64,000 nt of DNA from Eledone cirrhosa (Eukaryota), in assembly GCA_964016885.1 (NCBI GenBank), contig OZ024742.1:14198001-14262000 (forward strand). Direction: 5' to 3'. Shown here piece after piece: positions 39,601 through 51,074 of the stretch. Both the position numbers and the translations under genes were made by a program. Position 1 is the first letter of the stretch, and every line of letters starts with the position of its first letter. The notes beneath the pieces are model-generated. The model had not been told where the DNA came from, did not search any database, and saw only the letters and a list, made by a program, of their open reading frames with translations.

Positions 39601-40347
39601 GCAGACTGTATGATGCGTGTATCCGAACAGCGATGTTGCATGGTAGTGAGACCTGGGCGCTGAAGGTGGAAGACTTACGTAGATTAGAGAGAAACGAAGC
39701 CTGCATGCTCCGATGGATGTGTAACAGTAATATACGTGAACGACAAAGCATAAATGAATTGAGAGAGAGACTGAGCATAAGAGGAATCAAATGCTGCGTG
39801 CAGGAGAGGCGGTTACGCTGGTATGGACATGTGATGCGTATGAAGGATGACAGCTGCATAAAAAGGTGCAGAGCACTAGAAGTTGATGGAAACCGCGGAG
39901 TGGGGAGACCCAAGATGACTTGGGATGAGGTGATAAAAGCCGACCTTACCCAACTACACCTCTCAAAGTCAATGACACACGACCGTGACTTCTGGCGTCA
40001 CGCAGTAATACAGGGTACCCGACCTCCCATGGGTACATGCTGAAGCATATAAACAATATGCCCCCCCCCCCCCACCGCAAGGTGGTCGTGGAGGTGCCAC
40101 GGCAAAAAAGCACCCAGCCCACACTGTAAAGTGGACGTGTAGGCGCCACGAAAAAGCACCCAGCACTCACTGTAAATGAGGTTGGTGTTAGGAAGGGCAT
40201 CCAGCTGTAGAAATCAAGCCAGATCAGTTCCTGTATGAGCAAGGCATGGTCAGCCGACCAGACACTGCCCACAACAGGACAACCCGTCTAACCCATGCTA
40301 GCGTGGAAGAACGGACGTAAAACGGTGATGATGATGATGATGATGAT
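36681..40347 (+). mobile_element. RTE-clade LINE with an intact ORF
   Basis: Single long ORF plus 3' UTR and (GAT)n tail at 40327-40347. 5' boundary approximate; no TSD identified. Confidence 0.95.
36924..40043 (+). CDS. LINE protein: APE endonuclease, reverse transcriptase, PHD-like zinc finger, 1039 aa
   Basis: GTINV, CVQETRW, SAYAPQ, AGDFNGH, SQLDFIL, TSQH (APE); FVDLEKAFD, HQGSVLSP, YADD (RT); CSVC..CPKC..HKRC..CSSC finger. No stops or frameshifts. Confidence 0.95.
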   Translation: MNLRATKHPREAPTQRPSPTSVDKCPKLRVGTINVGSMKGRAGEIVEMLERKEVDVCCVQETRWRGGSARVLVGKSQCYKFFWVGNDDGMGGVGILLADKWVDKVISVYRVNARIIKLRLVLNKTITTIISAYAPQSGLPDELKDRFYESLIHTTALTDDKDFLIIAGDFNGHVGKHCDGFNRVHGGHGVGTRNEEGFRLLEFCDANDMSICNTNFKKPDNHLITYRSGEHSSQLDFILIRGRDRWTVVNTKAFPSEECTSQHSLVVSDLTVRTRRALKQRPTWRRKIWKLKVPSTSNRFKDILLNAYDSKEEQIETFNVEENWEFLKNNLLEATDEVCGWSKTSSRRRVTWWWNNKVDEAVKAKRQAWKEWKNGGSRVHYIETKREARRQVYLARREAEDRKFKHVLQREDQKQEVFKIARQCVRDSCDVIGEKCIRNDKGELALTSAEKKDAWKSHYDRLLNEENAWEEETLPHVDPIEGPAVQVSGSVVSKAIRDMKIGKATGPSGIAAEMLKASGSVGHTITTRIVNQVILEGAIPKDWCSSIIVNCYKGKGDALDRGNYRGIKLMDQVMKVTERVIAQLIRDRVNIDEMQFGFVPGKGTTDALFLVRQLQEKYLAKSKPLYLAFVDLEKAFDRVPRAVIWWALRKLGVDEWLVKAVQAMYRGAVSKVRIGNEYSEEFSVQVGVHQGSVLSPLLFIIVLQAITEEFKTGCPWELLYADDLALIAESMVELENKFQTWKQGLERKGLKVNMTKTKVLISRRENRTQIPSGKWPCSVCRKGVGRNSILCPKCKQWVHKRCSGISGSLIKNVGFTCSSCAETASKQPQETSTTNLWEGPVETVDSFCYLGDRISNGGGCSESTITRVRTGWKKFRELLPLLAAKGFSLRMKGRLYDACIRTAMLHGSETWALKVEDLRRLERNEACMLRWMCNSNIRERQSINELRERLSIRGIKCCVQERRLRWYGHVMRMKDDSCIKRCRALEVDGNRGVGRPKMTWDEVIKADLTQLHLSKSMTHDRDFWRHAVIQGTRPPMGTC

Positions 40348-40652
40348 AGCTAAATAAATTTAAATTCTAGAATCATATTCCACCATTCCCGCAAATTGTT
40401 AATTTCTTTTAAATTAATGTAAATACAAGCTCTTCTTTCTTTTTTTCTTCCTACATATATCCTAATTATTTAAATTCTGCATAGCGTCTAAAATAACGTT
40501 TTTTCAGCCCTATACCTCAACCTCATTTGCATACTCATCTTAATAATTTGAAATATCTGACTTTTCTTCTCTTTTGCCTCACTATCAAAGAAAAACTTGA
40601 ACCGTTAAGGTAACTTTTCTTGGTTATGTCAAAATTTATAAAACAAACTTTG

Positions 40653-40713
40653 TATTTTATCTGATGAGAGCGTACCAAAGTTTTGGTACCTTTGAAATAT
40701 ATATAATAGAATA
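40653..40713 (+). ncRNA. Minimal type I hammerhead ribozyme motif with intact core
   Basis: UAUUUUAU-CUGAUGA-GAGcGUACCAAA-gu-UUUGGUACcUUU-GAAA-UAUAUAUA-AUAGAAUA. Predicted cleavage after A40705. Confidence 0.8.
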
Positions 40714-40847
40714 AATATGGTTTTATAAATATAGTTTCCATTTATTTAATATCATTGAATATTATACTCCAGAAAACCTGTCGAATGCTCTGAATCCGTT
40801 ATAAACATTTATATTTGTTGAATTACCAACAAATTGAATATCCCTTC

Positions 40848-40891
<44 letters not shown>

Positions 40892-40896
<5 letters not shown>

Positions 40897-41234
40897 TCAT
40901 CACCGTTTTACGTCCGTTCTTCCACGCTAGCATGGGTTAGACGGGTTGTCCTGTTGTGGGCAGTGTCTGGTTGGCTGACCATGCCTTGCTCATACAGGAA
41001 CTGATCTGGCTTGATTTCTACAGCTGGATGCCCTTCCTAACACCAACCTCATTTACAGTGAGTGCTGGGTGCTTTTTCGTGGCGCCTACACGTCCACTTT
41101 ACAGTGTGGGCTGGGTGCTTTTTTGCCGTGGCACCTCCACGACCACCTTGCGGTGGGGGGGGGGGCATATTGTTTATATGCTTCAGCATGTACCCATGGG
41201 AGGTCGGGTACCCTGTATTACTGCGTGACGCCAG
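40892..41234 (-). mobile_element. Inverted 3'-end copy of the adjacent intact LINE
   Basis: Near-identical reverse complement of 39992-~40337. The tail abuts (TA)n at 40851-40893. Confidence 0.93.
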
Positions 41235-43722
41235 TAATAGTTTTGCGAGGTTTTTTATATGAAATTTTTTGCGAGGTTTTTTATATGAAATCGTGTGTCG
41301 AAACAAATATTGTTATACTTGGGGAGGGTCATATTTGTGTAATATTGCCAGAATTAATAACAGAACACACTCACTGTTTGGTTGGTTTTCGCTTCTCGCT
41401 TCTGTGTCTTTTATATCGGTAATCTAACTTACTCGGTCCTCAATGTTGTCATTGACTGACCGGCGGTCAAAAATAATACAGATACAATATAGCCACAAAC
41501 ACATATATATAGTTTATCATAAATCTTTCGTTGCACATCTGCAACATCGTCAGTGGTGCTATATTTTCCTCCTGTTGTATTGTATGTCTACGCCATTTTT
41601 ATTCAGTCTGTCTATATATTTATTTATTTATTTGCTTGTTTGTTTATTTTATTTTGTCTTCTTTGCGCATGCGTTTGCGTGTGTGTATAGTGTTTTGTTT
41701 GCTGTGTGATGGGTGACTAGTGTGTGTTTATGTGCTTGTTAGTTATTGTGCTTGTGTATGTATTTATTTATTTATTTATTTATTTTATTTTATTTACTTA
41801 TTTATACTTCTCTTAGGTCAGTGTTGTTTGTTTGGGTGTTGTTATTCCATTCATTCTTTCTGTTTAGCCTTGGTCTTCTAATTTCTATTTCACTGGCCTC
41901 TCTGATTTGCCTATCTGCTGGGTCATTTCTATGTTTAGATATTATTCTAATTTCTATGTTGTCTATGTTACCGTCATGTTGTTGTCTAGCATGTTCGTAT
42001 AGTACTAACCTGTTTTTTCGTCCTTTTAGTTCCCCCCAGTGTTGGTCTATCCTTTCACCTATGCTACGAGCTGTCTCACCTATGTATGTTGTTGTCATGT
42101 TTCTGCAAGTACCCTCTGTACATCTTATGCTATAGACTACGTTTCTAGTTTTACAGTTTATCCGGGGGTTCACCTTACATATGATACATTTCCTATTGGT
42201 ACAGTGGGTTTTCTTAAAAGGGTAGGTTTTGCTGATCAGGGATTTTATGGTGGTTCCTGGCTTTTCTACCACCTTTATTTTTAAGTGGGTCTTTCTCAGG
42301 GCCTTTCTACACTGGTTAGCTAATTTCCCTCCAGGGGTAGCGTCCACAAACATGACACTCTGGTATCTCTGGTTGTCGTACCATGAGGTGGCTTTCCCTA
42401 TCTTATGTCTAGCCCTATCTAAGCTATTCCATGATTTGTTCCTGTATAATGGGCAAATTCCTTTCATGTCCAGTTCTATGAGGGTCTTATACTTCTCCAT
42501 GGCTCCTTCGTATACTCTGACTCTGTCTCTTTGGTTGTAGCCAGAGAAATGCATGCGGTTGATGTGTCTTTCCATTTCTGTTGGGTCGCACATGCGGGAC
42601 ACATTCTTCATGACTCGTACCAAATCTGCTATTAGAATAACTCTTAAAGGTCTACTAGGGCAGAAACGTCTAAGGTCATGGCTGTCTAGGTAGTCAGTGT
42701 CGTAGGTAAGTCTAAGTAGGAGGCCCAGTTCGTCTGTGTCGACGTCGCAGAACTCCACCTCACTCTCAATGATCATCTCCACACATCTTTTCACAGCAAA
42801 ATCAATGTTAATGGATGGGTACAGTGACACCACATCCATGCTGCCTATTATGCAGTTGGATAGGTTCCTGTTTTTGTTGCACTCACTGATTCTGCTGAGG
42901 AGGTCCTCTGTACTGTCACATACATCTGGGGACATCTTGATTATGGGGCGTATAACCATTGAGAAGAAGTAGGAGATCCTGTAGTTGCTACCTAGACAGC
43001 CATGACCTTAGACGTTTCTGCCCTAGTAGACCTATAAGAGGTAGACCCCCCACCATAACCTCAATGGCAAAAAAGACTCCCATGGGAAGGTGGATTGGGT
43101 GGACCAAAGCTATACGGACCCCCCAAAACAATGATCAGGTAAGAAAAATGGTCGCACATGCAATAGGGGCTAGTATCAAAACTACCCTAAAGGGCCACAT
43201 ATTTAAGTTCAACGAGAAGATCTACACCCAAAATGAGGGAGCAGCCATCGGCGTCAGCATAGCTGGTGATGTTGCCAACCTTTTCATGGTATGGTGGGAA
43301 AGGAGACTTAAAGATCTCCTTAATGAGAGCTCCATAGACCTCATCATGTACTCTCGTTATGTAGACGATATCAATATGTAGACGATATCAATATAGTTAT
43401 AAGAACACCCCCACTAGAGAGCACTAACAAGTTTGATTTAGAACGTAGCACGATGGAAAGCATCCAGCAGATAGCTAATTCCATACACCAGAGTATAACT
43501 GTAACTATCGACTTCCCTTCCAAACACCCTAACAATAGACTACCTGTATTAGACACAGAACTCTGGATTAACACTATAGACGAGAGAGCCCAAATTCTCC
43601 ACTCACACTATGCTAAACCCATGGCCTCCAAATACCTGATACTCAAAAACTCAGCACTGTCCAGTAGTGCTAAGTTTAATATTCTGATCGCAGATTTGGT
43701 ACGAGTCATGAAGAATGCGTCC
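41235..43722. mobile_element. Rearranged Penelope-like element (RT + GIY-YIG)
   Basis: Minus arm (42987 down to 41802): SMDVVSLYPSI and NVVYSIRC...YIGETARSIGER...LNRKNEW. Plus arm (42988-43722): QNEGAAIG, YSRYVDD, LPVLD. Left boundary approximate. Confidence 0.9.
41526..41557 (-). ncRNA. Hammerhead ribozyme core in the Penelope 3' region (helices I/III degenerate)
   Basis: acca-CUGACGA-u-GUUGCA-gaug-UGCAAC-GAAA, downstream of and co-oriented with the GIY-YIG ORF. Confidence 0.6.
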
Positions 43723-45198
43723 ACCAGATTGAAAGTGTCCCATACTGTATGTCACTATAGGGGCTCTGTGACTCCCTCACGAGTTGCGAGATCATACACA
43801 CACAGCACATATATACACACATACATGAGTGTTACTGAACAGCTGTTATCATATATTGACTGTATATACCTTGTGTATATAAGTTGTGTATATATCGGCT
43901 GTATATATTGAACCTCTTTATCATTACTATACAAGATTAACAACTCCACAGACTTGTAACGATGGTAGGATTGCCAACACTTCTAATCTAACTCACCCAT
44001 ATCTATTGATTTATTGCATTTTTATTGTTGTTTTTTACTTTCTTGTATTTCTCTTTTAAAAAACATCTTCCATTTAAGAATACCCCTTAACTTTAAATCA
44101 ATCCCTTAGTTCCAAGTCAGTCTCTTAATTTGAAATCTTTCCCTCAACTCTGAAACTGTCCCTCAACTCCGAGACTGTCCCCTTAACTCTAAGACTCTCC
44201 CTCAACTCTGAGACTGTCCCCTCAATTTTGAGACTGTCCCTTAACTACAAATGTTTCTCTTCACTGTGTCTTCTTAAACTTCTGAATTTGACATAACTGT
44301 TGTATTACTATTAAATATAACTGTTAACTGTGACATAACTTCATTACTGTTGAATATAACTGTTATATTACTGTTAAATATAACTGTATTGACTTTGACA
44401 TAACTGTATTACTGTTAGATATAACTATTGTATGAAAATAACTGTTATACTGACTGTTGTACCAGTATTAAATGTGTCAATATATTGAGAGGTTGATATT
44501 ACTGTAAAGAGGTCATATATACTAGCTGTTAATTTAATAAAGTATATTGCACATGTAGCTTTATTAAGACAATATAACTTATTTTCATGGAGGATTCAAT
44601 TACAAGATTCTTTAATCATTTTATCTCAAAATCAATTTTTTTATTGATTCATATCAAATATCAATTATTCACTGAAATTAAAAATATATTGATTTGGTTT
44701 CATTGTATTTAGCATTTGTTTGTAAGCAGTGAGGGATGTTCCAATAATGGGGGGGGGGTCAGTAATAGGGTGGGGAGGGATCTATTAATAGTAATGGGGG
44801 GATCTTCCAATAATACCGAAGTCCAGTAATGGTGGTGGTGGTGGCAGGGGTTCTAATAATGGTGGGGGATATTACAGTAATGGTGGGGGTGGGGGATGTT
44901 ACAATAATGATGGAGGTGGGGGATGTTACAGTAATAGTGGTGGTGGGGTGTTCCAGTAATGGTGGTGCATCACAAAATATGTCACATATCAAGCGATGCC
45001 TGTTCTTGAAGCTTTTTTAAGTGAGGAAAGGCTTTGTACGGAGCCAATCCCACTCTCTGAACAATGAATGTATTTACCCCAAAAGAAGAACTGGTCTACA
45101 TCATTTGGATGCAAACGAAGTCACAGGTTTTATATTAGAGTGACCTTCTCCTAGAGAGATGTCTTAATGAAGACTAGGAGTCTCCCCCCACCCCCCAC

Positions 45199-45252
<54 letters not shown>

Positions 45253-45569
45253 GTTTAGAAGGGAAAACAAATGTGTAGTTTGGTTAAAAGCAAGATATAT
45301 TAATAGCTTGTCTATCCTGTTTGGTGTTTATTTGAAATATCAATATGACATCAATTAGACTGTGAGGATTTCAGGCTGCAACAAGTATTTACAAGTGAAA
45401 ACTTTGTTTATACAAGACATTACTGGCATTGAGATGTCAAACTGAAGATGATTGTCAATAGAATCTTATTACTCTGCTGATACTCACACTCAGATGGTTC
45501 TCCTCTCTCAGAAGAAAGCCAGCTGCTTGGTCGATAAACTTACCTCCATTTCAATTCTTCAGTCTGTAA

Positions 45570-45760
45570 GTTATCATCATCATTATCATCACCATCATCA
45601 TCATCATCATCATCACCACCTTCATCACCATCATCATCCTCATCACCATCGTTACCACCATAACCATCACCACCATCACCATTATCATCATTACCACCAT
45701 CATCATCATCATCATTACCACCATCATCATCATTATCACTACCACAACCATCATCATCAT
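45570..45760. repeat. (CAT/CAC)n trinucleotide tract
   Basis: Low-complexity run producing poly-His/Asp/Met pseudo-ORFs. Confidence 0.9.
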
Positions 45761-46109
45761 GTGTTATGTCTCTGTTTGACCTGGTCTGTGAAGACATGTC
45801 CAACTCTTGCTAGCAGGGAAGATGGACATTGATGATGAAGACAATGATGGTAATGATGGTGGTGGTGGCGGTAATGAAGACGAGGACCCAGCACCCTACT
45901 ACAACATATTCACCCTCTTTCATTTTTCTTTATATATCACGCTACCAATTCATCTCCCTTAACCCTTCTGATACCAACCCACCTGAAACCTGCTTCTATC
46001 ACAATGTTTGTTTTAAAGTGTTTATATTTATCTAAAACCCTTCTACCATAATTGTATGTAAGAACCTTCATTAAGTTATGTTCCAAACATATATATATAT
46101 ATACACACA

Positions 46110-46150
<41 letters not shown>

Positions 46151-46388
46151 CTACTACTGACTGAGTATATATAGCTTCTAGCACTATATACCTACTACTA
46201 GAGGTGTGTATATATGTCTATATATATACCCAGCCACCACTATATATATATATATATATATATACAACTTTATATATACCCAGCCAACACTGAAGGTGCG
46301 TTATATAGCCAGCCACCATCACCAGTAGTGTGTATATATGACTATATATCCACCACCAGTAGTAGGTGTATACAGTACAACACTCTAC

Positions 46389-49300
46389 ACCTACTGGTGA
46401 TGGGTATATAGTGCTGTACTGTATATACCTACTACTAGTGGTGGGTATATAGTGCTGTACTGTATATACCTACTACTAGTGGTGGGTATATAGTGCTGTA
46501 CTGTATATACCTACTACTAGTGGTCGGTATATAGTGCTGTACTGTATATACCTACTACTAGTGGTGGGTATATAGTGCTGTACTATATAGCCACCACCAG
46601 TAGTAGGTATATAGTGCTGTACTATATAGCCAACACTAGTAGTAGGTATATAGTGCTGTACTATATACCCACCACCAGTAGTAGGTATATAGTGCTGTAC
46701 TATATAGCCACCACTTGTAGTAGGTATATAGTGCTGTACTATATACCCATCACCAGTAGTAGGTATATAGTGCTGTACTATATAGCCACCACCAGTTGTA
46801 GGTATATAGTGCTGTACTATATAGCCACCACTAGTAGTAGGTATATAGTGCTGTACTATATACCCACCACCAGTAGTAGGTATATAGTGCTGTACTATAT
46901 AGCCACCACTTGTAGTAGGTATATAGTGCTGTACTATATACCCACCACCAGTAGTAGGTATATAGTGCTGTACTATATAGCCACCACCAGTAGTAGGTAT
47001 ATAGTGCTGTACTATATAGCCACCACTAGTAGTAGGTATATAGTGTTGTACTATATAGCCACCACTAGTAGTAGGTATATAGTGATGTACTATATAGCCA
47101 CCACCAGTAGTAGGTATATAGTACTGTACTATATAGCCACCACCAGTAGTAGGTATATAGTGCTGTACTATATAGCCACCACCAGTAGTAGGTATATAGT
47201 GCTGTACTATATAGCCACCACTAGTAGTAGGTATATAGTGCTGTACTATATAGCCACCACTACTAGTAGGTATATAGTGCTGTACTATATAGCCACCACT
47301 AGTAGTAGGTATATAGTGCTGTACTATATAGCCACCACCAGTAGTAGGTATATAGTACTGTACTATATAGCCACCACCAGTAGTAGGTATATAGTGCTGT
47401 ACTATATAGCCACCACCAGTAGTAGGTATATAGTGCTGTACTATATAGCCACCACTAGTAGTAGGTATATAGTGCTGTACTATATAGCCACCACTAGTAG
47501 TATGTATATAGTGCTGTACTATATAGACACCACCAGTAGTAGGTATATAGTGCTGTACTATATACCCACCACTAGTAGTAGGTATATAGTGCTGTACTAT
47601 ATAGCCACCACCAGTAGTAGGTATATAGTGCTGTACTATATAGCCACCAATAGTAGTAGGTATATAGTGCTGTACTATATAGCCACCACCAGTAGTAGGT
47701 ATATAGTGCTGTACTATATAGCCTCCACTAGTAGTAGGTATATAGTGCTGTACTATATAGCCACCACTAGTAGTAGGTATATAGTGCTGTACTATATAGC
47801 CACCACCAGTAGTAGGTATATAGTGCTGTACTATATAGCCACCACCAGTAGTAGGTATATAGTGCTGTACTATGTAGCCACCACTAGTAGTAGGTATATA
47901 GTGCTGTACTATATAGCCACCACCAGTAGTAGGTATATAGTGCTGTACTATATAGCCACCACCAGTAGTAGGTATATAGTGCTGTACTATATAGCCACCA
48001 CTAGTAGTAGGTATATAGTGCTGTACTATATAGCCACCACTTGTAGTAGGTATATAGTGCTGTACTATATACCCACCACTAGTAGTAGGTATATAGTGCT
48101 GTACTATATAGCCACCACCAGTAGTAGGTATATAGTGCTGTACTATATAGCCACCACCAGTAGTAGGTATATAGTGCTGTACTATATAGCCACCACTAGT
48201 AGTAGGTATATAGTGTTGTACTATATAGCCACCACTAGTAGTAGGTATATAGTGCTGTACTATATAGCCACCACCAGTAGTAGGTATATAGTACTGTACT
48301 ATATAGCCACCACCAGTAGTAGGTATATAGTGCTGTACTATATAGCCACCACTAGTAGTAGGTATATAGTGCTGTACTATATAGCCACCACCAGTAGTAG
48401 GTATATAGTGCTGTACTATATAGCCACCACTAGTAGTAGGTATATAGTGCTGTACTATATAGCCGCCACCAGCAGTAGGTATACAGTGCTGTACTATATA
48501 GCCACCACTAGTAGTAGGTATATAGTGCTGTACTATAAAGCCACCACCAGTAGTAGGTATATAGTGCTGTACTATATAGCCACCACAAGTAGTAGGTATA
48601 TAGTGCTGTACTATATACCCACCACTAGTAGTATGTATATAGTGCTGTACTATATAGACACCACCAGTAGTAGGTATATAGTGCTGTACTATATAGCCAC
48701 CACCAGTAGTAGGTATATAGTGCTGTACTATATACCCACCACTAGTAGTATGTATATAGTGCTGTACTATATAGACACCACCAGTAGTAGGTATATAGTG
48801 CTGTACTATATAGCCACCACCAGTAGTAGGTATATAGTGCTGTATTATATAGCCACCACTAGTAGTAGGTATATAGTGCTGTACTATAAAGCCACCACCA
48901 GTAGTAGGTATATAGTGCTGTACTATATAGCCGCCACCAGTAGTAGGTATACAGTGCTGTACTATATAGCCACCACTAGTAGTAGGTATATAGTGCTGTA
49001 CTATAAAGCCACCACCAGTAGTAGGTATATAGTGCTGTACTATGTAGCCACCACCAGTAGTAGGTATATAGTGCTGTACTATATAGCCACCACTAGTAGT
49101 AGGTATATAGTGCTGTACTATATAGCCACCACCAGTAGTAGGTATATAGTGCTGTACTATATAGCCACCACCAGTAGTAGGTATATAGTGCTGTACTATA
49201 TAGCCACCACTAGTAGTAGGTATATAGTGCTGTATTATATAGCCACCACCAGTAGTAGGTATATAGTGCTGTACTATATAGCCACCACCAGCAGTAGGTA

Positions 49301-50875
49301 TATAGTGCTGTACTATATAGCCACCACCGGTAGTAGGTATATAGTGCTGTACTATATAGCCACCACTAGTAGTAGGTATATAGTGCTGTACTATATAGCC
49401 GCCACCAGTAGTAGGTATACAGTGCTGTACTATATAGCCACCACTAGTAGTAGGTATATAGTGCTGTACTATAAAGCCACCACCAGTAGTAGGTATATAG
49501 TGCTGTACTATATAGCCACCACAAGTAGTAGGTATATAGTGCTGTACTATATACCCACCACTAGTAGTATGTATATAGTGCTGTACTATATAGACACCAC
49601 CAGTAGTAGGTATATAGTGCTGTACTATATAGCCACCACCAGTAGTAGGTATATAGTGCTGTACTATATACCCACCACTAGTAGTATGTATATAGTGCTG
49701 TACTATATAGACACCACCAGTAGTAGGTATATAGTGCTTAACTATATAGCCACCACCAGTAGTAGGTATATAGTGCTGTATTATATACCCACCACTAGTA
49801 GTAAGTATATAGTGCTGTACTATATAGCCACCACCAGTAGTAGGTATATAGTGCTGTACTATATAGCCACCACCAGTAGTAGGTATATAGTGCTGTACTA
49901 TATAGCCACCACTAGTAGTAGGTATATAGTGCTGTATTATATAGCCACCACCAGTAGTAGGTATATAGTGCTGTACTATATAGCCACCACCAGTAGTAGG
50001 TATATAGTGCTGTACTATATAGCCACCACTAGTAGTAGGTATATAGTGCTGTACTATATAGCCGCCACCAGTAGTAGGTATATAGTGCTGTACTATATAG
50101 CCACCACTAGTAGTAGGTATGTAGTGCTGTACTATATAGCCACCACTAGTAGTAGGTATATAGTACTGTACTATATAGCCACCACAAGTAGTAGGTATAT
50201 AGTTCTGTACTATATAGCCACCACTAGTAGTAGGTATATAGTGCTGTACTATATAGCCACCACCAGCAGTAGGTATATAGTGCTGTACTATATAGACACC
50301 ACCAGTAGTAGGTATATAGTGCTGTACTATATAGCCACCACTAGTAGCAGGTATATAGTGCTGTACTATATAGCCACCACCAGTAGTAGGTATATAGTGC
50401 TGTACTATATAGCCACCACTAGTAGTAGGTATATAGTGCTGTACTATATAGCCACCACCAGTAGTAGGTATATAGTGCTGTACTATATAGCCACCACCAG
50501 TAGTAGGTATATAGTGCTGTACTATATACCCACCACTAGTAGTAGGTATATAGTGCTGTACTATATAGCCACCACCAGTAGTAGGTATATAGTGCTGTAC
50601 TATATAGCCACCACTAGTAGTAGGTATATAGTGCTGTACTATATAGCCACCACCAGTAGTAAGTATATAGTGCTGTACTATATAGCCACCACCAGTAGTA
50701 GGTATATAGTGCTGTACTATATAGCCACCACCAGTAGTAGGTATATAGTGCTGTACTATATAGCCACCACCAGTTGTAAGTATATAGTGCTGTACTATAT
50801 AGCCACCACCAGTAGTAAGTATATAGTGCTGTACTATATAGCCACCACCAGTAGTAGGTATATAGTGCTGTACTG
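46389..50875 (+). repeat. 39-bp minisatellite, ~110 copies, each with an internal hairpin
   Basis: Unit gccaccaccagtagtaggTATATAGTgctgtACTATATA. The first ~4 units are 41-bp variants. Confidence 0.96.
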
Positions 50876-51074
50876 TCAGTTTTGTGTATTAAAGCATTTG
50901 ATTCACACTGAAGCAGGGAATTCTGCTGCTGTTAGTGATGATGATCATTGCTGCTGTTCCTGCTGCTGTTAGTAATGATGATGATGATGATGATTATTAT
51001 GTTGCTGTTCCTGTCTCTGCTGCTCTTCCTGCTGCTACTGCTGCAGTTCCTGGCACTGTTAGTGATGATGATGA

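Noticed and set aside
43749-43961. Solo LTR (tgtcac...gtaacg)
   Set aside because: Terminal CA is imperfect and there is no TSD; support is insufficient.
45452-45832. His-rich protein ORF
   Set aside because: (CAT/CAC)n microsatellite with no splice or homology support.
46575-50972. 1465-aa ORF as a protein-coding gene
   Set aside because: Pure translation of a 39-bp intronic minisatellite, with a non-ATG start and no unique domain.
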